Assembly (NCBI GenBank): GCA_934089275.1
Contig: CAKOJJ010000002.1
Span: 10,732 to 74,731 of the forward strand
Direction of reading: 5' to 3'
From: an uncultured Bacilli bacterium
Lineage (GTDB): Bacteria > Bacillota_I > Bacilli_A > RF39 > UBA660
Length of the DNA stretch: 64,000 nt
The position numbers were made by a program, and so were the translations under genes. Shown here in pieces: positions 48,241 to 57,497 of the stretch (position 1 is its first letter; every line of letters starts with the position of its first letter). The notes under the pieces are model-generated. The model made no database searches, was not told the DNA's origin, and was given only the letters and a program-made list of their open reading frames with translations.

Positions 48241-49423
48241 TCATATCAACTATAGCATTTGTATTTGGGGTATAATATTTTCCTGTGTTTATATCAAATA
48301 CAACATTTGCAAGATTAAGTGTTATAACATCCAATCCTTCAATGCTGTCATAGTCTTCTAGATATCTAATTTCATTTTTACTAATCCATCCTGTTTCAGC
48401 AGCAACTTTATATGCCTCATATCTCTCTTTGATATTGCCTCTTGTTATTTCTCTTGTATCAAATTCAAAATAAAAAGACTCTTTCTCTTTTTCGAGTAAA
48501 AAGTCTTTGTTTAGTGCTGTTTTTATTGCACTTAATATTGGCATTACCGCTTCTTTCATAAACTCATCAAAATTTGGCTTGTTATGAAATATATTGTCTA
48601 TTTCATCTTGAAGTGTTTTCTTACGCTCATTCAGTTGCAATTCTACTGTTGTACTTGAGCCTTCTTTAAAATCCATTCCTTCGTTCAATACAATTGCATT
48701 ATCACTTTTATTTGAATATAAATTAGCCCAAGCTTGTTTTAACATTTGGATTTCTTTTTCTCCTAACCTTCTTTGAGAAGTTATAAATCCCTTTTTCGCT
48801 CCACCTGTTTTGACTAATCCAAGTTCATACAAAAGTGTTTGATATGCATTCTCTATTGCTGTTGACACTTCACTTATTACACTTCTACCAGAACCACCAT
48901 TTTTGGTACTTCTTAGTATTGTAAGAAAATTAAAAGTTTCATAATTTTTTCCTTGAACCATATATGTTATATCCTTAAATATTGGATCAAAGTTTGTATT
49001 GATAGTTACATTACTAGCATCTACATATCTTAAACTCTTAAACTTATTTTTAGATTTTTCTATGTATAGATATCCACCTTTATCCAACAAGTAATCTTGA
49101 ACCCATGCTTTTCTCATTTGAAATGCATCAAGTGTATCTCCAGGTTCTGTGTTTAACAACTTAATTCTTGGATCACTTTTCACTTCTTCAACTTTCTTTT
49201 TTCCAGTTGTTTCATCTATTGACTCTTTATATAGTTTAATAGGTATCATCGCAACTGTATTACATATTCTATCAACAGCACTTGATACTGCTGGCAGTGA
49301 GATTGCTTTTTCTTTATCAATTTTTTCTCCCTTTAGCATTGCCTTTAAAAGTACATCATTTACAAGCTCATCAGTTTGAGTTACTGTTTCATCTCTTTTT
49401 CTAAAAAAATTAAATAATCCCAT
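48206..49423 (-). CDS. portal protein, HK97 family
   Basis: 405 aa, between the large terminase and the protease. Confidence 0.85.
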   Translation of the reverse strand: MGLFNFFRKRDETVTQTDELVNDVLLKAMLKGEKIDKEKAISLPAVSSAVDRICNTVAMIPIKLYKESIDETTGKKKVEEVKSDPRIKLLNTEPGDTLDAFQMRKAWVQDYLLDKGGYLYIEKSKNKFKSLRYVDASNVTINTNFDPIFKDITYMVQGKNYETFNFLTILRSTKNGGSGRSVISEVSTAIENAYQTLLYELGLVKTGGAKKGFITSQRRLGEKEIQMLKQAWANLYSNKSDNAIVLNEGMDFKEGSSTTVELQLNERKKTLQDEIDNIFHNKPNFDEFMKEAVMPILSAIKTALNKDFLLEKEKESFYFEFDTREITRGNIKERYEAYKVAAETGWISKNEIRYLEDYDSIEGLDVITLNLANVVFDINTGKYYTPNTNAIVDMNGQNGGGNNES

Positions 49424-49433
49424 GTTCCATCTC

Positions 49434-51128
49434 CTATTCTATTACCTGTACAAAGAATCCATCATTGTCTAAGAATACATCCTGTTGTAATAAGTAAACT
49501 GCATTTATCAATGCAACTACCATATCAACCTTTCCTTGACTTCTTTTCTTTGTAATGTATCTATTCATATTGGTATCATAGGTACATCTTGCATTTTCAA
49601 AGTTAATTTCTAATAATTTATTTTCTTCATATCTAAACTTTCTATCTAATATCTTTTCATATAATAATTTTGTTGGACTATGTAATGTATCACTATGTTG
49701 TCTAATCTGAATTGTAGTATATTTTCTCTCCCATTTTTGAGCCGATGATAATGCATTATATCTATCATATCCAATAGCCATTATTGTAACTTTATATTTA
49801 TTTTCTATTTGAAATACAAAATCTTCTATAATGGCATAATCTACTGTTTTATTACCACAAGCAATACATTTCATAGTTTTTATAAATTCTCTATAATCTA
49901 TCTTCTCGAACTTATTTTTCTCATCTATTCTTCCTTCTGGAATAAATGCAACAACATCAGCAAGTATTTCATCATCTTCCTCAGATACCATTGCTACTGC
50001 ACAGTTATCGTTTGTCATTGCAAGGTCAACTCCTAGATATACTTTTCTACCAGTCCAATTAATATTTGCTACCTTACAACTCATTACCTCATTTATATCT
50101 ATGTAACTTTCTGTTCCCATTCCCTGATAAATAATATTGCAGTGTTTTGTAAGAAAGTTTTCTCTTACACTTTCTACTGCTATTGCTTTAGCTCTCTTCT
50201 TAATTAAATCTTCCCATATTTCTGGGATTTCAAGAGCAACTGGATTTGAATGCTTTAACACATTATCATCAGTTGTCCATTTGCTTATTAGCTCTTCATC
50301 TGGTTCATATAGCAATGCAAATACTGTTTCGTCTTTTTCTATTCCATCTAATACTCTTTTCGCATATCCGACTTCATCTTCAAATGGATTATTGAATGTT
50401 GGATACTTAGTTGAAATAATACAACCTAACTTATTTAAAATATTTAATTGTCCAGACCTCATTGATTCAATCGCATATGGATTTGGTAATGCTCCTACTT
50501 CATCAGCAAGAAATACATTTGGTAATTTTCCATCCATTCTACTACTTGAATAATTTAGTGGATAATATCTGCTCTCAGTTAGATTAAATTGTATATAATC
50601 CCTTAAGATTTTAAATCTTTTAGTTTCTTTATGAATGTATATTAATGGACTAGATTTTAGCGTTTCTTCTATTGCTGTTTTAACTTCTCTTGATAGTGAA
50701 CCATCTGGAGCAACTGAATAGAACTTTGAGTATTTAGGCTCTAATAAAAACAACAAAATAAATATCGTTGCTATTGTATAAGTTTTAAAATTTTTTCTTG
50801 CTATTTCAAGTATTGCTGTTTCATATCTTCTTTTATCTAGATTATTACGATATACTACACATAAAATTGAAATATAAAATACCCATTGGTATCCACAAGA
50901 ACACTCATAAATTGATTGTCCTGCTTTTAAACCTTTGGGCATTATTAAGATTTTTAAAATTGATTCAATTTGTTTTACTTTCGCCTTGTTTATTAAATAC
51001 TTTGGATTCTTTCCATCTGCTATATCTAGGAACTCTTGGCATTGTTTAATTACATATTTTGGTGCTGGTATTTTATAATTTACAACATCACTAGCATACT
51101 TATACGCTTTATTGTTCAATCTTACCAC
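49434..51128 (-). CDS. terL: terminase large subunit
   Basis: 564 aa with Terminase_1-like organisation, preceded by a P27-type small subunit. Confidence 0.85.
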   Translation of the reverse strand: MVRLNNKAYKYASDVVNYKIPAPKYVIKQCQEFLDIADGKNPKYLINKAKVKQIESILKILIMPKGLKAGQSIYECSCGYQWVFYISILCVVYRNNLDKRRYETAILEIARKNFKTYTIATIFILLFLLEPKYSKFYSVAPDGSLSREVKTAIEETLKSSPLIYIHKETKRFKILRDYIQFNLTESRYYPLNYSSSRMDGKLPNVFLADEVGALPNPYAIESMRSGQLNILNKLGCIISTKYPTFNNPFEDEVGYAKRVLDGIEKDETVFALLYEPDEELISKWTTDDNVLKHSNPVALEIPEIWEDLIKKRAKAIAVESVRENFLTKHCNIIYQGMGTESYIDINEVMSCKVANINWTGRKVYLGVDLAMTNDNCAVAMVSEEDDEILADVVAFIPEGRIDEKNKFEKIDYREFIKTMKCIACGNKTVDYAIIEDFVFQIENKYKVTIMAIGYDRYNALSSAQKWERKYTTIQIRQHSDTLHSPTKLLYEKILDRKFRYEENKLLEINFENARCTYDTNMNRYITKKRSQGKVDMVVALINAVYLLQQDVFLDNDGFFVQVIE

Positions 51129-51471
51129 CTGCTATTATTTGTAGCAGTGGATCATCATCTTCGGTCACATCATCTTTTCTTAATGATATTATAATTTTCA
51201 TTAATGTACTTACTGTCTTATTAGCACTGTCTGTAGTTCTATTGTAATCAGATATTGCTGGATGAGAATAAACATTCTTTCTTCCTTTAACATACTCTTT
51301 AGTTACAAGAGTACCATCCTCTTTGATAGTTTTTTCCAAATCATTCAATATTTGTAATTGAACTTGATATCTTTTAAATGTTGTTAGAAAGAAGAAGTTT
51401 TGTTCTACACCATGTTGTTCTGCAATTCGAAGGATTTCTTGAGCCTGTTCGTTTAATGACATTTTGTTCAT
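51109..51471 (-). CDS. terS: terminase small subunit (P27 family-like)
   Basis: 120 aa, overlapping terL. KGRKNVYSHPAISDYNRTTDSANK pattern. Confidence 0.65.
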   Translation of the reverse strand: MNKMSLNEQAQEILRIAEQHGVEQNFFFLTTFKRYQVQLQILNDLEKTIKEDGTLVTKEYVKGRKNVYSHPAISDYNRTTDSANKTVSTLMKIIISLRKDDVTEDDDPLLQIIAGGKIEQ

Positions 51472-51488
51472 TAAAAATTACCTCCTTC

Positions 51489-52274
51489 TTAATACAAACC
51501 CCATTCTGCAAATTTTTCAAATCCACCCATAAGGCTTATAAATTCTCTTGCTATTTCAACTATTTCTTTGTATGGTCTACCATCCACTATTTCATCTCCA
51601 ATAGCACAACTAATGTTTATCACTTCTCCAGTAAATTGTGCTTTTAAAAATGCATAGATATTCACAGATACATCTGCCTTTGATAAGTCTTTTCCATGTA
51701 GGCCTCCACCTGTTACGCTTTCTGCCATATCACTGCCAAGTTTTCTATTAGTTGCACCTGTGTCTACATTTATACCACCTGTCCAATATCCCAATGGATT
51801 GATTACTGCAGTTGGATATAATCGTTTTAGTTCTTTTTTATGTGCATTACTCTGACATATTATCAAACGACCATTTTCATCTAATATGTATTTACCATCA
51901 CAATGATATTTTTCATAAATATCTCTTGCTATTTCAGAAATTACAACATCACACATTCTTATTGGAACACCTTTAAATATTCCATTATCTCCACATCTTA
52001 TTTTTTTATTTTGATTTTTATATAAGTGTCTATCCTGTTTCACTACTTGCAAATCCAATTTAACCTTTCCTGCAATTCTATTTACTATTCTTGCCACTTC
52101 CTTAAATGAAAATATCTCACTCGTTTCAATTATCACATGACATCTTTCATGTCCTATTAAAACCTCAACTGCTACTTTTGGATTTCTATTTTTCTTATAT
52201 GCCAAATCAACAATAGCTCCAGCAATTCTATCGGCTATTTTATCTGGATGACTTGGATTAACTTTTTCTATCAT
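51489..52274 (-). CDS. miniature S-adenosylmethionine synthetase (MetK)-like protein
   Basis: 261 aa, aligning by eye to MetK motifs. [16 protein letters not shown] matches GHPDKIADQISDAVLD. CGDNG matches [27 protein letters not shown] matches [37 protein letters not shown] matches GGGAFSGKDPSKVDRS. Confidence 0.65.
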   Translation of the reverse strand: [261 protein letters not shown]

Positions 52275-53577
52275 TGTTTTCCTCCTTCAATAAATTTTCT
52301 AATATTCCTTGTAATACATTTACTACAATACTATTTCCTGCTTGCTTATATAATTGAGCATTTGAATTAACTTTACTTGATTTCTCATAATCACTATCAT
52401 CAAATCCCATAAGCCTCCAACACTCTTTGGGAGTTAACTTTCTTATTCTTAATTGGTTTTTATGTTTAGTAGTTACTCCTAAACAATCGCATCTTGTATC
52501 TAAAGTTGGACTTAAATTATTATTTTCACTATTTTGAGTATAAAAATTGTTCATCCTACTTGTAGAATAACTATGTCTAATAACATCCATTTCTTTAACT
52601 TTATTTTCATCAATTAGTTTCTCACATAATTGCTTTTTTAGGCTCTTTTCAACTACTCCTATGTCTGGAGAAGTTTTTAGGGTTGGTATCATTTCTTTTT
52701 GAACTGTTCCCCTTTTTTTATCCATATTTGTTATATAGACACCATCTCCATCCGTTGCTTCTAAATATCCTTTTTTAGTAGCATTTTTAATATGTAAGCA
52801 TTCATTTTGAAGATTTGTTGTTTCTTCTAATTTATCACTATAAGTAATCATCCCACTATGTTCTTCCCCTGCCCCACGAGCAGTTAATGTAGGAACGATA
52901 CTATTATTCCCTTGCACTTTTTCAAATGGCTTTTGATATGACTTCCAATGTGATATTCTATCTATCTTTTCTTCTGTTAGATAATATTTTTCATCTACAT
53001 TTTTTTCTAGCATATCCTTAAGTTTCTTTTTCAATATTTGTGGCTTTGGAAAACTAAAAGAGTCTTTACCAATATCATTTCTAATCGATACTGTAAAAAC
53101 TCTTTCTCTATTTTGTGGTATCCCATAATCTTTAGCATTTAAAACTTTATAATAGCTTGTATATCCTAAATCTTCTAATGCCTGAATATAAGCATTAAAA
53201 TTGTGAATATGTTTCTTACTTAATATATTTTTTACATTTTCCCATATTACATACTTAGGCTTTACTTTTTTTACTATTCTTATTGTTTCATACATAAGAC
53301 TACTTCTCGTGCCACTATTTCTATCTCCACCTGCTTGCTTTCCTGCAAGTGAAAAATCTTGACAAGGACTACCATGCATTATTAAATCTACATCTATATC
53401 TTTATCCCACATTGTTATATCTTGGGGTATATAGTTTGTATCATGTAATGCATTAAAACTTGCTACTGCATACTTGTCTATTTCAACATAATCTGACAAT
53501 TTATAATTAATATGAAGATTTTCAAGTGCTTTACTACAAGCACCTATTCCACCAAACAATTCTAATATTTTAATCAT
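52258..53577 (-). CDS. DNA (cytosine-5)-methyltransferase
   Basis: Motifs ELFGGIGA (I), GSPCQDFS (IV), WENVKN (VI), QNRERVF (VIII), AGNSIVV (X), with a long variable region. Confidence 0.9.
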   Translation of the reverse strand: MIKILELFGGIGACSKALENLHINYKLSDYVEIDKYAVASFNALHDTNYIPQDITMWDKDIDVDLIMHGSPCQDFSLAGKQAGGDRNSGTRSSLMYETIRIVKKVKPKYVIWENVKNILSKKHIHNFNAYIQALEDLGYTSYYKVLNAKDYGIPQNRERVFTVSIRNDIGKDSFSFPKPQILKKKLKDMLEKNVDEKYYLTEEKIDRISHWKSYQKPFEKVQGNNSIVPTLTARGAGEEHSGMITYSDKLEETTNLQNECLHIKNATKKGYLEATDGDGVYITNMDKKRGTVQKEMIPTLKTSPDIGVVEKSLKKQLCEKLIDENKVKEMDVIRHSYSTSRMNNFYTQNSENNNLSPTLDTRCDCLGVTTKHKNQLRIRKLTPKECWRLMGFDDSDYEKSSKVNSNAQLYKQAGNSIVVNVLQGILENLLKEENNDRKS

Positions 53578-54898
53578 CTTCTGGGATTTCTATTCCTTCC
53601 ACTATCTTAACAGCTGTTTTTCCTGTTAGAGTTTCCCATCTATCTATGATTACATCAACATATTTAGGATCAAGTTCTATTGAATAACAATTTCTTCCTA
53701 AATGTTCACAACTAATAAGAGTTGACCCAGAGCCTCCAAAAAAGTCAATTACATTCTCTCCTGGTTTGCTACTGTTTCTTACTAATCTTGATATTAATTT
53801 AATTGGTTTCATCGTTGGATGAACATCATTTTTTAATGGTTTATCTTCATGAATTATTGTTGTTGGTGTTTTATCTTCTATTATTTCTTTTATCATATCT
53901 TTTAATTCTTCTTTAGATAGTTTATCTAAATCAGCTTTATCTTCAAACACTGTTGTTTGAGTCCTATCATTTATAAAATAATGACCAGCTCCTTCTTTCC
54001 AGCCATATAAACAAGGTTCGTGCTTCCATTGATAATCTTGTCTACCAAGCACAAGAGCATTTTTTACCCATATTAGATTTTGCTTTACTTGACCTCCTGC
54101 ATCCATTAATGCTTTTCTAAAGTTATATCCCTCTGTATCTGCATGGAATATATAATATGCTCCTCCTGGTTTTAAAACTCTCATCATCTCAGTATAAAAA
54201 GCATTAAGAAATAAATAAAATGATTCATCATCCATGTTATCATTTAATATTTTATTTCCATTATCTCTTTCTTTTCCATAACCACTTTCATTTATTGAAC
54301 CATAATTAACATTGTATGGTGGATCTGTTACACATAAATCCATAACTGCTCCATCTAATAGTTTATCTATATCATTCTGACTTGTACTATCTCCACACAT
54401 TATTCTGTGGTTTCCAAGTTGATAGATATCTCCATATTTTGCCTTTGGTATTTCTGGTAGTTTTTCTTCTACATCATAATCATCTTCTTCAAACTCTATG
54501 TCTGTTTGATTAAAATCAAAATCTTCAAGTTCAAATCCAGTAAGTGACACATCAAAATCTAAATCAGCCAGTGCTTTTATTTCCTGTCTTAATATTTCAT
54601 CATCCCAACCTGCATCAAGTGCAAGTTTATTATCTGCTAAAATGTATGCTCTTTTTTGTTCATCTGTTAAATCTTCAACAAATAAACAAGGTACTTCTTC
54701 CATTCCTAACTTTTTAGCACCTAACACTCTACCATGCCCTGCTATTATTCCAAAGTTGCTATCTATTAAAACTGGATTTATAAAACCAAATTCTTTTATG
54801 GATCGAGATATTTTTTCTACTTGTTCTTCACTATGAGTTCGAGCATTATTTTCATATGGCTTTAATTTTTCAATTTTAACATTCTCGTATCTTCTCAT
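53570..54898 (-). CDS. ParB-like N-terminal domain fused to N6/N4 DNA methyltransferase
   Basis: ParB-type KLKPYENNARTHSEEQV...IAGHGR, then the MTase catalytic motif TDPPYN and a C-terminal SAM-binding FFGGSGST. Confidence 0.85.
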   Translation of the reverse strand: MRRYENVKIEKLKPYENNARTHSEEQVEKISRSIKEFGFINPVLIDSNFGIIAGHGRVLGAKKLGMEEVPCLFVEDLTDEQKRAYILADNKLALDAGWDDEILRQEIKALADLDFDVSLTGFELEDFDFNQTDIEFEEDDYDVEEKLPEIPKAKYGDIYQLGNHRIMCGDSTSQNDIDKLLDGAVMDLCVTDPPYNVNYGSINESGYGKERDNGNKILNDNMDDESFYLFLNAFYTEMMRVLKPGGAYYIFHADTEGYNFRKALMDAGGQVKQNLIWVKNALVLGRQDYQWKHEPCLYGWKEGAGHYFINDRTQTTVFEDKADLDKLSKEELKDMIKEIIEDKTPTTIIHEDKPLKNDVHPTMKPIKLISRLVRNSSKPGENVIDFFGGSGSTLISCEHLGRNCYSIELDPKYVDVIIDRWETLTGKTAVKIVEGIEIPEDD

Positions 54899-55013
54899 AT
54901 TTGACCTCCATTTTCCAAAAAACTCACGGAAAAAATAAAATTGTGTGAATGAAGGTGGGCTGTCGGTCTTGAAAAAATAAAAAGAATTGATTGTTTGATG
55001 GTGGGGGGATTGA
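54899..55013. other. candidate cos/packaging recognition region
   Basis: A 115-nt gap directly downstream of the HNH gene, locally GC-rich for this DNA. It contains GAAGGTGGGCTGTCGGTC (from 54951) and GATGGTGGGGGG (from 54997), sharing GA(A/T)GGTGGG. Confidence 0.3.
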
Positions 55014-55382
55014 TTATTCTCCGCTTCTTATCAAACTTCTCAATTCTTCTCTACTTATTTGACCTTTCTCTGCCATTTCATGATGCATTCTACACAATGT
55101 TATTAAATTATTACTATCTAATCTCATTGAGTAATCTTCTTCTATTGGTACAATATGATGAACTTCTAACTCCTTATAGGTATATTTATAATTCGTATCA
55201 TATTTACCACTTAGACACACCTTGCATAAATACTTATCTCTCTTTCTTATACTCTTGCTTTTTTCTGTCCACTTATTTGTTTTTCTAAAACTATTAGCTT
55301 TACTCTTTTTCTTTGTGGTTGGTCTTTTACATACTATATTCATATCATGTATTGTTCCGCAGATTGAGCAAGTTTTAAGCAT
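55014..55382 (-). CDS. HNH endonuclease (packaging-associated type)
   Basis: CxxC...EVHHIVPIEED...NLITLCRMHH; 122 aa. Confidence 0.8.
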   Translation of the reverse strand: MLKTCSICGTIHDMNIVCKRPTTKKKSKANSFRKTNKWTEKSKSIRKRDKYLCKVCLSGKYDTNYKYTYKELEVHHIVPIEEDYSMRLDSNNLITLCRMHHEMAEKGQISREELRSLIRSGE

Positions 55383-55408
55383 CTATTTCACACTCCTTTT
55401 ATTCGCAC

Positions 55409-55439
55409 AAAAAAAGACTACCTCTTTTATAGGTAATCT
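55409..55439 (-). terminator. rho-independent terminator after the nitroreductase pair
   Basis: Minus strand reads AGATTACCT-ataaaag-AGGTAGTCT followed by TTTTTT. Confidence 0.6.
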
Positions 55440-55528
55440 TCTATAATACTATTATATTACTTTTAGTCTTGCCATACAATGACACGAACTGCCAAATTGT
55501 AATTTGTAAACAACTTAACTATTTTCAC

Positions 55529-56053
55529 TTATATCTTATTTATTTGTATTTTATGTTCTTTTGGATTTTCTTTTATTGTGGAATAACCAAATGAACCACA
55601 TAATACAGGATTAAAATCATCTGGTATTTTCAACTTATTTTTTAAATTATTATCCTTAGAAATAATACTACAAGCTCCTGCCCAAAGTAAACTATCTACT
55701 CCTAAATCAGTAGCTGCTAAAACCATATTTTCTAATATGCAACCTGCATTTGCATATTCAACACCAACTACTTTTTGTGCTTTTGCTGAAACTATTATAA
55801 GTGTTGGTGCAATAAAATTCCTATCTCTTTTAACTTTAGTAATATTAAAAATCAATTCTATAACTTTATTACTTATTTCATCTAATATTTCTTTATCTTG
55901 AATAACTGTAATAAGCATTTCATCATATTTGCCAGATGCAACAGGTGCTTTTTCTCCTGCACAAATTATTTTATCTAATATCTCATCTGAAATTTGATGT
56001 TCTTTGTAACTTCTGGTTGATTTTCTTAAATTAATTGATTGTATTGTTTCCAT
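55529..56053 (-). CDS. nitroreductase family protein
   Basis: NLRKSTRSYKEHQISDEILDKIICAGEKAPVASG opening and size (174 aa) are typical of small FMN nitroreductases. Confidence 0.7.
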   Translation of the reverse strand: METIQSINLRKSTRSYKEHQISDEILDKIICAGEKAPVASGKYDEMLITVIQDKEILDEISNKVIELIFNITKVKRDRNFIAPTLIIVSAKAQKVVGVEYANAGCILENMVLAATDLGVDSLLWAGACSIISKDNNLKNKLKIPDDFNPVLCGSFGYSTIKENPKEHKIQINKI

Positions 56054-56074
56054 ATCTTTCCCTCCTACAACTTA

Positions 56075-56581
56075 CTACTTATATTCTACTATGTCCTCTA
56101 TATCTTTTCTTTTATTATGTAAAGGATTCATTGGACAATCTACTGTTCTGTATCCTAATGGAAGTAGACAAACAGGTGTTAATTCATTTGGAATATCAAA
56201 CTCTTCTTTTAATATCTTTTCATCAAAAGCCTCTATCCATATATTATCTACGCCAAGATTTGTTGCTTCTAGCATCATGTGTGTAGCAACTATACAAGAA
56301 TCCATTTCATAAGTAGTAAAATTTTCTTTATGATAAGCTTCTTCTTTATTTCCACACACTATTAGAACTGTTCTTGCACCATATCTACATCTTGATGCTT
56401 TATCTATTTTTTCAATTCCATTATTACTTTGAACAACATAGATTTTAATTGGTTGATTATTTTTGGCAGTTGGTGCTAATCTTCCAGCATCTAATATTTT
56501 ATCTAACTTTTCTTTTTCCAACTCTCTATCACTAAATTTTCTTATTGCTGTTCTTTTCCTTATAATTTCTTCAAATTCCAT
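56075..56581 (-). CDS. nitroreductase family protein
   Basis: IRKRTAIRKFSDRELEKEKLDKILDAGRLAPTAKNNQP is the canonical nitroreductase N-terminal motif. 168 aa. Confidence 0.8.
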   Translation of the reverse strand: MEFEEIIRKRTAIRKFSDRELEKEKLDKILDAGRLAPTAKNNQPIKIYVVQSNNGIEKIDKASRCRYGARTVLIVCGNKEEAYHKENFTTYEMDSCIVATHMMLEATNLGVDNIWIEAFDEKILKEEFDIPNELTPVCLLPLGYRTVDCPMNPLHNKRKDIEDIVEYK

Positions 56582-56637
56582 TTTTCGTTCCTCCTTACAA
56601 ATTACTATTTATATTTAAACTAATATCTATAATTTTA

Positions 56638-56904
56638 TTACTCATTAAAATTTTCAGCTAAATACTCAGCAAGTTGTCCCTCTGTCATATCATCCATCAT
56701 TTCTGTTTCTTGTTCAATTAATAAATCTTTTGGATTTTTATATTCATTATCATCTTTTATAGTTTCTACAAATTGGCTAGTCATTACACTTCCACAAGTA
56801 TGATTACAATAAGGGCAATCTATATCTTCACTTGTTTTACATCCAGGATATACTGTTCCAACTAATCTATACGAAAAACTTTTTCCACATTTTGGACATT
56901 CCAT
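56638..56904 (-). CDS. Cys-rich zinc-ribbon protein with acidic C-terminus
   Basis: CPKCG...CPYCNHTCG; 88 aa. Confidence 0.45.
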   Translation of the reverse strand: MECPKCGKSFSYRLVGTVYPGCKTSEDIDCPYCNHTCGSVMTSQFVETIKDDNEYKNPKDLLIEQETEMMDDMTEGQLAEYLAENFNE

Positions 56905-56979
56905 TTTTTACCTCCATATCTAATTTTTTATATTATACTATAAAACTTTGTTTTTATCGAGGATTTTACCAAAATTATA

Positions 56980-57011
56980 TAAAAAGATTATCCCTAAAGT
57001 AGAGATAACCT
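56980..57011 (-). terminator. rho-independent terminator after the late-regulator gene
   Basis: Minus strand reads AGGTTATCTCT-acttt-AGGGATAATCT (two G-U pairs) followed by TTTTTAT. Confidence 0.5.
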
Positions 57012-57077
57012 TTCATAGCATTTTAACTGATTTTATTATTTAATTTATATTTGAAGAACTCATATAATTTTATATTG

Positions 57078-57497
57078 TTATTGACCTTTCTCATTACAGA
57101 TTGTTCCTTTTTCTTCTTTTCTTAACCAATTGCTGTGTTTTCTATATACACTTCTAACACTCATATACATTTCTTCCGATATATCATCCCAGCTTTTAAA
57201 GTCAAGATATCTTTTATTAAAAATTATTCTTGTTTCTATATCGTTTATTGTTGATATATACTTTTCTATTTTTTCCATTTCTTCAAGAGCTTGTATTTTT
57301 CTCTTTTCTAATTTATCTTTTAATCTTATAAGTAATTCTACCTTTTTTTCAATAGGACTCTCGTTACTATGTGCTATTGGCATTCCTGTTATTTTTGATG
57401 ATCCAATTGTTGTTTCATTTATCGATTCTATCCTATCTTCTAAATCTTTTATTTCAAGTGATAAATAATAATATTTTGACAATTCTTTTTTTGTCAT
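57078..57497 (-). CDS. sigma-70 region-4-like phage transcriptional regulator (DUF1492/ArpU-RinA-like late activator)
   Basis: N-terminal coiled coil LSKYYYLSLEIKDLEDRIESI and a C-terminal HTH SWDDISEEMYMSVRSVYRKH. Confidence 0.5.
   Translation of the reverse strand: MTKKELSKYYYLSLEIKDLEDRIESINETTIGSSKITGMPIAHSNESPIEKKVELLIRLKDKLEKRKIQALEEMEKIEKYISTINDIETRIIFNKRYLDFKSWDDISEEMYMSVRSVYRKHSNWLRKEEKGTICNEKGQ

Noticed and set aside
49809-51049. Several plus-strand ORFs (49809, 50137, 50798) inside the large terminase gene
   Set aside because: They are all antisense to terL, with no RBS. Long open antisense frames are expected in AT-rich DNA.
54995-55446. Plus-strand ORFs 54995..55288 and 55222..55446
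   Set aside because: They are antisense to the HNH endonuclease gene and run across its terminator region.
55529-56904. Nitroreductase pair plus Cys-rich small protein as a SagB/TOMM-type peptide-modification cluster
   Set aside because: There is no cyclodehydratase or docking protein and no transporter. The two enzymes are of the small classical nitroreductase size rather than SagB-like, and the 88-aa protein looks like a zinc ribbon rather than a precursor peptide.
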